A stretch of DNA of 27,205 nt from Selaginella moellendorffii (taxonomy: Eukaryota > Plantae > Lycopodiophyta): assembly GCF_000143415.4 (NCBI RefSeq), contig NW_003314289.1:1-27205 (forward strand), given 5' to 3'. Positions within the stretch are counted from its first letter, which is position 1. Each line of letters starts with the position of its first letter. A model generated the notes under the pieces. That model saw nothing but the letters and a program-made list of their open reading frames with translations, did no database searches and was not told the origin of the DNA. Made by a program: the position numbers and the translations under genes. Shown in pieces: positions 10,951-22,600 of the stretch.

Positions 10951-11745
10951 TCACCCGCCCAGGAATCCAGTCTGCATCCACACTGCGTTCCTCACTCGCC
11001 GGAGATCCATCCCTTTGAGCGTCCTCCCGGCGCCCTCGTACACCGAGAAGGCAGTGTGGCTCTTGGCATACTCCCTCGCCGCGAGCTCGTGAGGAGGGAT
11101 CCTGTTCTTCTTCCTGCCCATCTCGCGACCGCGCGGATCCAAATCCTCCTCCTGCCACTCATCCTCCGCCTCCTCCACCTCCTCGGGCTCCTCCGATCCA
11201 TCGAACCCATTCTCCTTGCCGCCGCGCTTGTCGATCCCCAGGATCTTGCTCCAGTCCGGGATGTTCACTGGCGCGGACTGCTGCTGGATCATCTTCCCCG
11301 GGTGATCGAAGGACGAGACCTGGGGGATCATCCGCGAGGCCGTGGTGGATTTGCGCACTGGCGCCGCGGTGGACACCTCCTTGGCGCTTGGGCGATTGAT
11401 GGACGAGAGCCCCAGCGGCGAGGCTTGCTCCTTGGTGGAGGATTCCAGCCCCAGCCACTGGCGCCCACTCTTGAGGAATCGCGCCGATGGCTGCTGCTGA
11501 GAGGGTTGATTCTCGTCCAGATCGTCGGCTGAATTCTCGTCGCCGCCCCACACGTCCTCCTCCCGGAGCTCGCTGTCGGGTGGATCGAGCATCGAGAGCG
11601 GCGACGGGGATGATCCGGGAGAGATCCCGAGGAGCTTGTCCCGGCGGCTCGGCCCAGCCGCCGCGGCATTCCTCTCGCGGATCACGCTGGAGAGGCCGCT
11701 GGAGATGCGCTCCTTGGGCGCCACCGCGGTCATTCTTGTCATCAT
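10951..11745 (-). CDS. Senescence regulator S40 / DUF584 family protein (intronless CDS, 264 aa)
   Basis: Family motifs [32 protein letters not shown] and the C-terminal [29 protein letters not shown]. The first in-frame ATG is at 11745 (the ORF-track start at 11790 is not ATG). Confidence 0.93.
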   Translation of the reverse strand: MMTRMTAVAPKERISSGLSSVIRERNAAAAGPSRRDKLLGISPGSSPSPLSMLDPPDSELREEDVWGGDENSADDLDENQPSQQQPSARFLKSGRQWLGLESSTKEQASPLGLSSINRPSAKEVSTAAPVRKSTTASRMIPQVSSFDHPGKMIQQQSAPVNIPDWSKILGIDKRGGKENGFDGSEEPEEVEEAEDEWQEEDLDPRGREMGRKKNRIPPHELAAREYAKSHTAFSVYEGAGRTLKGMDLRRVRNAVWMQTGFLGG

Positions 11746-12371
11746 TGCAGCTCCTCTCGCTCGATGATCACGGCCTCTCTTTCTTCGCACGCGCTCGTGA
11801 GAGGAATTCTGGAAAGGGGAAAGAAGAGAATTCCTGCCCAGAAATCCTGGCTAGAACTAGGGTAGATCGATGGATGGATCGATCAATTGCTCTTAAAGCT
11901 GATCGCGATCCAAGACTTGTGCCGCACGATGCTGGAGCTCACCACACACCCCACGCTTCGACCATCCAACCCGATAGCTTGGAGAAGAAGATGAAGAACA
12001 CGCTTGCGTCTAGAACTCTCTCAAGAAAGGGAAAACTTATAGAAGACCCAGTGGAAGGAGAAATGGGGACAACCAAACGAAGATCTCTCTCCTTCCTCGC
12101 GATGGCGCTTGGATTGGATCAACGAAGAAAACAAAAATGCCCCTTCCGGAAGAGATGGAGAGCACAAAATAAAAGAGGGGAAATCTGGAATCCAAATGCT
12201 CTCGCGAAGCAGCGATGGAAGGCCGAGCTACAAACCAGGGATTGAGAGACAAAAAAAATTGAGAGAGATCCCTTCCCAATGCCGCAACACGGCCAATCTT
12301 CTTCCTCTCGCTCCGCGAGAACCCTAAAAAATGGCCCTCGCCATAGCTTCCATTTGGATTTACTCCTGAAA

Positions 12372-12378
12372 TTTTATA
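12372..12378 (-). promoter_or_regulatory. Candidate TATA box of the S40 gene
   Basis: ATATAAAA on the minus strand immediately upstream of a ~600-nt CT-rich, leader-like stretch leading to ATG 11745. Confidence 0.35.
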
Positions 12379-13048
12379 TGCTGCTCATCCGTGGAGGACA
12401 CCGTCCTTAGCAGGGGATCGTTTACACCAGGGGCCCTTAGTAAAGTGTGGTTTAGGTTTGGTGGAGTTTAAACTCGGCTTAAACCCGTGGCGTTTAGCGA
12501 AACCCATGATTGGGTTAATTTCAAATGATGACCTTGGATTAAAGTCTAAGTTGATTGTTCAGGGTACGTTGGAATACGCGAAAGTATACGATGCCATCAT
12601 CGAGCGTTAAAAAAAAACTTAAATTCCTGCGCAGAGAGTGTGTTGATGGCCGGAATCGTGATCATGGGATTCAAAGTGGATGATTATGCGGGGGAATATG
12701 CTCGTCCGGTATGAACCTTGGGGAGAGTTACAACATCACAAAGGCACACGGGGCATATAAGTTACATGGATGGATGGAACTGAATCTCTCCGAATCTTTT
12801 TTTTTTTTCTCTTTTCTTTGCGAGTACCACGGATGAATGGATCGACAATCAATCGATCAGCGTGATGGATCGATCCATCCGTGGCTCGCCACACTTGCTT
12901 GCAGCGAGCGAGTGCGTTGTCACCTCGTCATTATCAGAACCAAAGGAGAAACAAAAGACAAAGCAATCGGCGACGAAGAAGAGGCGAGCGCGCGGCGCGC
13001 AAGCTTAAGTTTCTCCTCCACCTGTGAAAGCTTCCAAAACCGGCGGAT

Positions 13049-13830
13049 TGTTACCAGGGAACCCTAACGCCAAACACCATGGAGGTCCGTCCACGTAAAA
13101 GTGAGAGGGCATCACGGAACCTTTAAAAAGAATGGGCGAGGAAGTTACATCCGGTAAGAAACGTAGTATACTTCCCCCTAGGGTTCCGTGAGCGACATGG
13201 CCACCTTTCCCCTTACAAGCCCCAAAGTTATAAAATTCTAGGGTCAGCATCGTCCGCCAACTTCCAGTATTATAACAGTGGACACATAGACACTACTCAC
13301 GCCATAATACTGCCAATGTGCCAGAGATACACCCAACAATCCATGTACGGCCATCCCGCCCCTCTAGCGAATTGCCCGGTCCCCTTATAAATCTCCATGC
13401 ATTCCATTCTTGTCCATACCATACCATACCACCACCCTGTGGCGCCTCTGGATTGGCCCTGGTTTAACATAAGCCAAGATTACCCTGTTAGTTTTAAACT
13501 AACCCCGAGTGTCGTTTAGGGCAGGTGCCTATTACTCTCGTTTTGCGCGCCGTACGAGACGCGATTCCCGCCAGTGGGCCACAGCGTACGGCCGCGTCAG
13601 TAGCAGTATACGTGTCCCGGGGCCACGCTAGGGACACGTGTCCCGCGGATAATGTGGGAAAGCGACGTTGTCCCCATCCCGTAGGTACCCATAATGAAAT
13701 GATGGGTATGGGCCACACACACAAACAACGCCAGCGCGTACGGACTGGGCCAGTGACCAGCTTGTGTACGGAGCGGCGCAGTGCTCGGTAATCAGCCGGC
13801 AACCTTGTTGTTAATTCGCGCGGTGTTGAA
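13049..13830. other. Non-coding island rich in inverted repeats, with TATA box and ABRE/G-box motifs (possible solo-LTR-like element or enhancer)
   Basis: Begins TGTTACC (13049), with GGTAATCA near 13790. TATAAAT at 13386. Palindrome GGGACACGTGTCCC at 13631-13644. Several stems. No target-site duplication found. Confidence 0.35.
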
Positions 13831-15082
13831 AACGGCCAGCCACACAAACAAGAGTGGGAAAATCAATAGGTTAATCGGGAGACAATGTGGATGATGAAGA
13901 TGGATAGAACCTTGCTTGGATTGTCACCTTGTCCCCACTAAACGTTTAACAAGGCTTATGAGGAGACAAAAGATTTGATTACCAATCCCGCTGATACGCA
14001 CGATCTCGTCGCCGAGTTTAAAATGTTCTAAGATCGGGCAGCTGTGCCGTCGTAAGTGGCTGCTTTGATAATCTGTTGATTATTCCTGGTTATACATGAT
14101 AAAAGCTTGGCTCTCGATCGAGAGTTTAAGTTTACCTCTTTTGTCTTTGGGGGCCTTTTTGTAAAGCTTTTGACACTGTGACGAGCGATTTAGCACCGCC
14201 CGTATCGTCGTACAAGAGTGCTGCCCAGAATGGTGACACTATCTTTCTCTTTTCTTCGCTGGATGGTCTATAAAGAAATAGCAAAGTCATTGGAAGTATG
14301 AATCAGCCTGCTTAAATTTCAAGTAGTAGTACTCACTCACCTTTGTTTTAATGGAGTCGCATATGCAACTTGGAGGATTTGCAGGCCAAACCTCTGCTTC
14401 CGTCCTTGAACTCGCTGTTCAAAGCAAAAAAAACATAAAAAAGCAAACCTTTCATGTGACCCGATGGATGAGGCGTCACAAGCTCCTGCTTTGTTTTGTA
14501 ATCCCGAAATCACACGGACTGCAATTACAATCCTTGGAAAAGTTTGCCTCCTCCTACTTGACCTTTGACAAAGCCTTGCAGTGGTTCTGTGAATCATCAA
14601 ACAGAGCACCATTTTCTCTCTGGAAGATAAAAAATTAAAAAGAGGAGACAATCACTCAAGGGTCCTACGCCAAAGGAACAAAATCAAGATCGGAAAAAAG
14701 CAAGGGAAAAAAACTTGCAAAAAACAGTTGCTCACCAGTCTTAAGTTTTTATTTTTGTTTTCCCAGTGGATGACCGAAGCGTTACTTTCACCACCCAAAT
14801 CCAAACAGTGACTAGTGGACCTTGCTGTGAAAGCGGCAGTCGAGCTGTTGAGAGTGGGAAGCCTTTGCTTTCTGCGCGTATATAACCATTCCACAAAAGA
14901 ACATCAAAACGCAAACGAGAAACCTGTTTTGCAGCACCAACGCGAGCGCTGCCTCTCATAGTGTTGTTGTTGTTGTGGTCGAAAACGATTGAAGAAGCTT
15001 TCCTCCAACCGGTGGATTGTTGGCTGTTGCTCGAGTTTTCAATGCCGCAACTGTTTTTTTTTAATTCTTGTTCCTTCGATTG

Positions 15083-17163
15083 CTAGCCGGGTAACAGTGA
15101 AGCCACCACCGCTGCATCATCAGCCGCTGTTACTTCTTCGGCATACATTTCATGCCCCTTCTTTCCAGCCCCGGCATCCAGAATCTCCTTTAGCTTTTGT
15201 AAAGCTGCAAGCATGGATATCGAAAGTGTTAGTACTGCATTTAATAAAAGAGATTCGGGCCGAGACGGACCAGTCCAATAGCGGGGACGGAGCTCTTTAG
15301 TGGATTCGGAGGACACTTTGTACGTCTTGCAGGAGCTGTTTTGGACCTTGGCGAGAATGCTCTTGAAATACCTCACCTACAGGATCGGACAAACGAAAAT
15401 GAGTGAGCGAGATGAGAGAAAAGAAAAAGAGAGAGTGATGGACTTTTCTTTTTTACCTCTTCCTTGCGAAGAAGCGTGAAGCAAGAGCCTGATCTTCCAG
15501 CTCTAGCAGTCCGGCCGACTCGGTGTACATATGTTCTCGCAAAAGGAGGCATGTCGTAGTTGATTATGTGCGTGACACCTTCGACGTCCATTCCCCGGGC
15601 CATTGCGTCAGACGCCACCAAAACTTGTGCTTCCCCGGCTCTAAACGCGGCCAAGGCTTTGCTGTACAACGACACAGACAAGAGAGTCAGTGTAGACAAA
15701 GTTTTTGGTCGTCCCACACCTTCGTGCCAGCTGATGTTGGAAGCTCGAGTACTCGACAGCTCTAAAAGGAAGATCCTCGAAGCACGCCAGGAATGTTGAT
15801 AAGCGATGAGTGTTTGACACGGACGAGGTGAAGATCACTGTTCGCTGATCACCCAGGCTGTGCAAAAGTGTGACGAGTTTCAATGGCTTTTGTTGCGCCT
15901 TACAGATCTGTATAAGAGAAATGAGAGAAACACATAACACGCATAAAACGCCGAGAGAAGAAAAGTGTCACAACGTTGTTAAAACCAAAACTTACAATCG
16001 TGTAGGACCGCAATTGCTCTGGGAGCTTATACAAGTTGTCCGATGTCGACAGTGCAATGGAAAGTGGATGGTACAGCCCAAGCTGTGCGATCTTCGCTGG
16101 ATCCCTTGTCAAAGTAGCCGATACAATAATCTTCTGAAGCCTCGGTACGACGCAGCCTTTGATACCTCTTTCTAAGCACCTGATAAACGAGGAAAAACAC
16201 ACAAGACTTTGAAACAAGACCGCGAAGGAATATAAAAACTTACGAGCGGCGGATGGTGCGAACCGAGCCAATGCCGGGATTACTATCGTCGCTGGGAGAA
16301 AAGTTCTTGCCAGTGGCTGCTTCAAGGACGGTCGGAAGCCATTCCTGATACGCCTCACGCAGAAGTCGATCTGTCTCATCTACAACCTTGAGAAAAACGT
16401 GGAGCTTAGAAAAAAAAAAAAAAAAGGAAAACGAGAAGATGAAAGTGCTTACCAAGTATTGAAGATGCTCCAGTGTAAACCCAGGAGTGTTTTGTATGTG
16501 ATCCATGAGCCGACCCGGAGTGGCAACCAGAATGTCGACTCGACTCTCCGGAAGATTATCACTGGCAAGATGGAGCTCCCGGAAGCAAGTATCGGTTTTT
16601 CCAGGGAAAAGCACGAGCTGAGAGGCTTCAGCGGCTACAGAAGTTTGTCCAACAGCAATACCGATGGAAAGACCAACCGAAGGAGCTATAGCATCAAAGA
16701 CTTGCTTCACCTGGAAAAATACCCCGAAGAACACAACGAAAGAAATGGAGAAAGAAAAAACACCCAAAGAGAGAATACCTGCATTGCTAGATCACGAGTT
16801 GGCACCACAATGAGAGCTCGAAGGCGCCTTAGAAGACGCTGGGAGAGGCTTTGAGCGATGGGCAAGGAGTACGCGAGAGTTTTGCCACTCCCAGTGGGAG
16901 ACGAGATGCTTAAATCCCTGGCGCCACCTCCAGGACCCACGGTTTCGTGCCACACCGCCGCTTGCACGGGGAATAGCGAGTGAATTCCAACGTTTCGCAA
17001 CGATTCCATCAAGCTGCATCATCAAAGAAATCGAATGCCACATTGCGAGTGATCGCACGTACCCAGGATGAAGAAATGGCACAGAATCGAGGCTTTGCTC
17101 CTCGAAAGACTTGACATCCAACGGCTGGCGCATCCATTGCAAGACCGGAGGCGCCTTTGCCAT
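15083..17163 (-). CDS. RH1: DEAD-box ATP-dependent RNA helicase, DDX51/Dbp6 subfamily (Arabidopsis RH1-like)
   Basis: Exons 17163-17063, 17013-16779, 16710-16453, 16386-16244, 16179-15996, 15907-15720, 15661-15457, 15376-15271, 15204-15083. Motifs: Q (LFPVQAAVW), I SPTGSGKT, Ia PTRDLA, Ib TPGRL, II DETD, III SAT, V ARGMD, VI HRVGRTARAG. Confidence 0.95.
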
Positions 17164-17179
17164 GTAAACCCTTCCTCAT

Positions 17180-17187
17180 AAACCCTA
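17180..17187 (+). promoter_or_regulatory. Telo-box in the 5' region of the DEAD-box helicase gene
   Basis: AAACCCTA 17 bp upstream of ATG 17163. Telo-boxes are a known feature of plant ribosome-biogenesis genes. Confidence 0.55.
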
Positions 17188-17705
17188 AATAAAATCTCGA
17201 TTAAAATATTCAAAACAGTTAATAATAAAACATTTCAAGCGTTTAGGGCTCTGAGGGTTTTAGGGCGGCGAAAATGCTTGGATCTAAAATCTTTTGAACA
17301 GGTGGCTCTTCCGCTCGAGAGTGCCTTTGACGAATAGTAGGAGTGGCCGTATCCCTTCGACATTGGCGTCTCACTGGTGTGCGACAACGAGGAGATAGGT
17401 CAGATTAATTGATATGTTTCTTAGTTTTGCTGGAACAGGAGGAGGCCAAGATAGTAGCTCTGGAGCTGGACAGCAGTTAGCTCTGGACAAGCCAAAAAGG
17501 AAATCTTTGCCATAGAGGAAGTTGCCATCAATATATACATAATATTCCCTGAGTTTGAATACCAAGTATCTGATCACCCCAAGACAAAGCTAATTCATAT
17601 CTTGTTTAAATTTTAGAAGAAAAGTCTACATTTCCATATGTAGTTTTATTATATTCTCAGCTATCTTTTGCCTTCGCATTTTTTTTTTTTTGTGGCTGGC
17701 CCTTT

Positions 17706-17710
<5 letters not shown>

Positions 17711-17786
<76 letters not shown>
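17711..17786. repeat. (TA)38 microsatellite
   Basis: 76 nt of uninterrupted TA dinucleotides. Confidence 0.98.
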
Positions 17787-17790
<4 letters not shown>

Positions 17791-17849
17791 TATAAACTGG
17801 CATTTTCTATTCTCTAAAATTAAAATGATATTAAGTAAATATTTATTTT

Positions 17850-20800
17850 TAATTTCTATAATTACTAGATAGCCTAGATAGCTGTCAAAGAGCTACTTAT
17901 CTTTATATTATAAAAATATACTTTAATTGGGGAAACTAATCAAGTAGACATTTACTAAACCCTTCTACTTTTCAAATATAACTACGAACTCTATAAACAT
18001 AATGAATTTTAAATATTATATACATATTTTCCGTATTTTGTCAAGATATGTACTAACTTTTGAATACTTGATTATCTTGTTTAGGGCTAGAAGTATAGAT
18101 TTTCAATGATCATCATGGTGCCCCATAACTTCTTCTGGCCTCTTAGCTTCTTCTTGGTCTTTCATAGCATGTCTAGCAAGTAGTTATCTAGAGCAAAGAG
18201 GCTTGACACCATATATTAGGCCCAAACTTTGACCATGGGTCAAAAGGTTAACTCAAGAATGTAACTTAACATGCTTTAAGGGCAACAATAGTGTAGTAGA
18301 GCTTTTGTGGTAACTCAAAGGGTGTTTGGGTGGTGAATAACTTTTAAAAGAAAGCATAATAGAGTTTAGACAAGGCTAGAACTCTTTATCTTTGTTATTT
18401 CTAGATTCTAGCACTAGATTCTAACCTTGGTGTTAGAGACCAATTTTATTCTAGTGGTCAAGAATGTTCAATGTGATGGATTTAGAGGAAAGAAAAATAT
18501 AGCATAGTGAATCTAGAGGGAGAATAAAGGTTTGGTAAATTTAGGATTATAGTGGTCCTTTTGGTGTTTGGCAATTGGGCTGTTACACCATATCACTGAA
18601 TATTCAAGTTTATTATACAAATAATGCATGATTAATTATTTAACAATTTAAAATTTTAATTATAAAAATATAATTTTATATAACTATAGAAATCAGTTTA
18701 AATATTTTAATGCCCTTTTCTTACCATCTTCTTTAAGTTGTTAGATCTTTTTCATTTTTCTAACTAATGTGTGTTTTGCCAATCTCCCTTTGGAAGGATA
18801 AAAATATAGTTGTAAGGATAGATGAGAGTTATGTAATCCTTATGATCTTAGCAAGTTTGATTATGTCACCTTTAAGATTAAGCAGTAAATAATTATTATT
18901 GACAAAGTTGGTTCTCAATAGTAAGCTCTTAAATTTAGATTTCCCGGGAGGTTAGTATTACTCAAATCTTAATCTTAAGTATCCCAACACTCAAACTGCC
19001 AAATGTCAACTTAATATGTGGTATGACCTTATTCTTTAAGTATAACTCAACTAGAGCATATTGGACCACTAAATCTCAACTTAATATATGGTGTGATTTT
19101 TTAGCTAAACAATAGAAAAGGTAGTTTTAGCAAGCCTTAGATGTCTGTAATTTGATGTATTCACCCACACTTTTTTAAGTATAACTCAACTAAAGCATAT
19201 TGGACCGCTAAATCTCACAGTTTTAGCAAGCTTTAGCATTAGTTGCCATTTGTAGAGTTTATATGATACATATTTAATTCCCAAGGCACTCTTGATATAA
19301 ATCCTACCACCCAAAGCATTTAAATTCTTCACAACTCTCTAGAATGATAAAGAAGATAAAAAAAAGTAGGATATGATAGGAATCAATTTATTTTGCCATG
19401 CCATTATAAAGCATATCATGCATCACTTGTCCTTAATTTTGCTAAAATCTATCTCCATAACTCAAAGCAAAGATATAAGTGTGAATGAATGGGTGAATGA
19501 ATACTCTAAAATAGTATGGGAAAAGTTATACACCCTTACACTAGAATATCCTTTTCACTCAAAATATTCTCTAGGAAGAAATATTTTAAAATCTCACTCT
19601 TTCCAAGGTGTTTTATGATAATGAGGCCCCTACAAGAAGAGAAAGGTTTCAAATGCAATTCCCTAGATTACTTGTGGTTGCTAGGTTATAGTAAATATGT
19701 ACATGGAACCTTATAGGTGTAATTTTTTTTAAAATTAACCTTAAGTGGAATTGTTAAATTTAAGCAAAGAATTCAAGAAGAAAAGTTTATATGTAGCAGT
19801 ATACCACACATATGATGATTTCTGGTGGAGCTAATGAGTGTGAATGTTACATATATAATTTTGAGTATCAAAATTACTTATTAACAGATCCTTTTAGATA
19901 TTCTTATTTTATTACCGTGATGGTAGAAAATTGGTATTACTAAACCCTTTATCAGTCTCCATTGAAGCTACTTGAGAGACTAGTTATCATGCATGCATTA
20001 CATGAACTCCTATGTGTTTTTATTGAGCATATTTGGTTTGGAATAAAAAATTAGGGACTCTTGTGATATAATCTCTTAATATTTTTTGTGTCTACCAAGA
20101 CACTCCTATTATCATTTTTTATGTGTTGGTCCCATTGGCTTTAGAAGAAGCATTTTAATCTCCATCATGCAGAGCATGTTAGCTTTGTGGCCAGAAAGGT
20201 TTTAGCATGAATCATTTTGCAAATTGGGATTGAATATAATGATATTCCCATATCCAAATTTCTTGAGTTCCTTAATATGGTTGACTAAGATTTATTTAGA
20301 TTGGTTGATGCAATGGTTGGCATAAATGAGTGTTTGTTTACTTTGCAATATTTATTTGTTCCATTAATTGTTGCTTGAGTTGGTTTTGATAGATTAGTAT
20401 GTTACTTCTTTCAGGTGATACATTACAAGCATTTTGTTGTCAATGACACTTTGTGTTCTTTGAGTTAGCTTTCATAAGTTATTTAGCATGCTATCTACAA
20501 TCTTTAGTAGTTAAACTTTATTATTGAGTTTTTTTAATGATACACTTGCTATTAAATTTTTTTGGATAGTTAATCTTATGATTTTAATCTTTAATAATCT
20601 TGGTGGTTCCTATCATATTGGTTTATCAGATGATAACTTACTTAAAATACTTTTGTGTTATAATCTAAAGTTTATTCACTGATAATTAAGTCTCTAAGAT
20701 ATCATTGTCTATGACTTTGATATTGTCCATCTCTTGATCTTTAAGTTTGGGCTAGTATAGCTAGACTAGCTTTGGCACTTTGTGTGCATGGTAAAATTTT

Positions 20801-22600
20801 TAGTTATAAGGTAGCTATTATTGATTAGTCATATCACTTGATTCTCTATTAATATTCCTTATTCCCTTTAAAAAGAAATGATTATGTAAATAACTCTAAT
20901 TAGATGTTTACAGTAGTCTATCTAAACCTTACTAACAATTTAATTTGTTTGCTTATGAGGGTTGGGGCCTTTAACTTTTCTCTCTATGTCACTTGCGAGT
21001 AAGGGCATCTCATCTTTTGTAAGTTGGGTGACCTAGAGCAACAAGGGTGGCTAACTCTATTGGTCATTTCCTTGTCAACAACAGTCAAAAAGTGTCTAAA
21101 TTATAACGCATTTGCATTAGATAAAGAGGTTGCCTTTAACTCATTTAAGTTGGTGTATTTCTTACAAAATATGTATTGCCATGATAGTAGAAGATTGGTA
21201 TTGCTAGACCCTTTTTTAGTCTCCACTCAAGCTAGTTGAGAAACTAGTCTTCATGTGTGCACTTGGCCAGAAGAGCATAAAGATGAATTCTTAAGTGTTA
21301 TTAATCAAGCATACTTGATTTAATTAGAGAAACTCATTCGTTAATTTGCACTTATTAGTGTTAGGAACCCCTATAATATTAAACTTGGTCCCTCAATATT
21401 TGCTAAATGATAGTTTACCTTATCCACTAAGACACTCTTGCTATCATACCCCTTGTGTTGGTCCATTCGGTTCTAATGACTATTTATGGAAAGTGTCTAG
21501 ATTTGCAAGTTAGGGTTTGCAGGGGTGCAGGGCTGGTTGTCTAAATGTATAGTAAAGATAGTGGGGTAGGATATGTATGGCAAACCAACCTGAGGTATAA
21601 CTTAGTTCCTACTTGCGTGCTTATCTTTGTTTTGCATCTGGTTTGGGTCTAAGCTTAAGTTCAATTGCATGGCCCTTGTGCCAGTGGTGCTTTAATCAAA
21701 TTTTTACCATATCTAGCAAAGTATCTATATTTTTGTGTTATGCCATTGGTTTATTGAGATAGTGCTAGATTTTGTTCAATGTTGGGATTTTAGATGCTTT
21801 AGGATTGTTCTAATGTTACTCCATGCTCTTGTTCCATATTCCAAAGTTTAGCTCTATTTCCTCATTTAGTGTCTTAAAATTTTGAAACTTTATTTCTCTT
21901 GATACACATGTCCAAGGGTGAAGTTTTACTTTATACTATAGAGTATAAAGTTAAAACCATATGCATTATAGTGATTTTCTTAGATTTGAACTTGCTGGGA
22001 GATCACTTAATGTAATATTACTCAAACTCAAAGACGCTTAGAATCCTTAACCGATTGGAAATGGGGTGCACTCTTGTTTATAAGTTCTTTCTCTATATAT
22101 TTAAACTTTAATGAATTATTTTTCAAATCATTCTCTTTAATTCTTTACATATGAGTGGGATTGTGTGGTGGTAGAAGGTCAACATGATGTGGTGGGGAGC
22201 ATGGTGGTAATGTGCTAAGAGCTAGGGAAGTAGTGGCACTATATTAATATGTAACAATGCGAAGCATTATAAAAGGTAGTAGAGTAAAGAAGGATAAAGA
22301 GAAAGAAAGATAGATTAGGGATTGCCACATTATAATAGCTATGGAATGATATGGCTTTAAGAATTGCAAGTGTTGTGGCAAAAATAGTAATGAGATAGGT
22401 TGGCACACACAAATCAAGCAAGAAGATGCTAAATTTCATGTAGCAAGTTTATGATTGCACTTGCTAGAATAAAAATTCAATAATAATCCCTAGAAATGGC
22501 TAGGATCTTCAGTGTTGGTGAGTGAGACTCAAAAGAGATTCTTAGATGGCATGAATTGTTGTATTGTCACATCAATTAGTATTGAAACATAAGGAGGCTA
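17850..22600. mobile_element. Heavily decayed transposon/LTR-retrotransposon-derived sequence
   Basis: AT-rich, almost no CpG and no long ORFs. Gypsy-like LTR terminus GGGCTGTTACA ends at 18587. Internal diverged direct repeats at ~19911-20140 and ~21174-21470. Family and boundaries cannot be resolved by eye. Confidence 0.5.
19006..19236 (+). repeat. Mosaic of short direct repeats
   Basis: A 44-bp unit at 19035-19078 recurs at 19174-19217 with 2 mismatches. TCAACTTAATATRTGGTRTGA occurs at 19006 and 19076. AGTTTTAGCAAGCYTTAG occurs at 19123 and 19219. Confidence 0.85.

Noticed and set aside
1910-11745. Functional 'senescence cluster' of PAO and S40
   Set aside because: Unrelated genes lie between them and two genes are too few to exceed chance; synteny evidence would be needed.
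11056-12245. Overlapping ORFs on and around the S40 gene
   Set aside because: Expected by-product of high GC content; only the DUF584 frame has family motifs.
12864-12879. Palindrome GATGGATCGATCCATC (and CTCTCGATCGAGAG at 14111-14124) as miRNA hairpins
   Set aside because: Stems are too short, GATC-rich words are common in this intergenic DNA, and there is no match to conserved plant miRNAs I know.
13510-13660. Telomerase RNA / snRNA gene (USE-like TCCCACATT at ~13650-13658 on minus, CCCTAAAC downstream)
   Set aside because: No proper TATA at Pol III or Pol II spacing, the template match is only 8 nt, and there is no recognisable snRNA sequence.
17690-17872. YIYIYI ORF
   Set aside because: Translation of the (TA)38 microsatellite.
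19006-19236. CRISPR-like array
   Set aside because: Eukaryotic context, only two copies per unit, no regular repeat-spacer structure.
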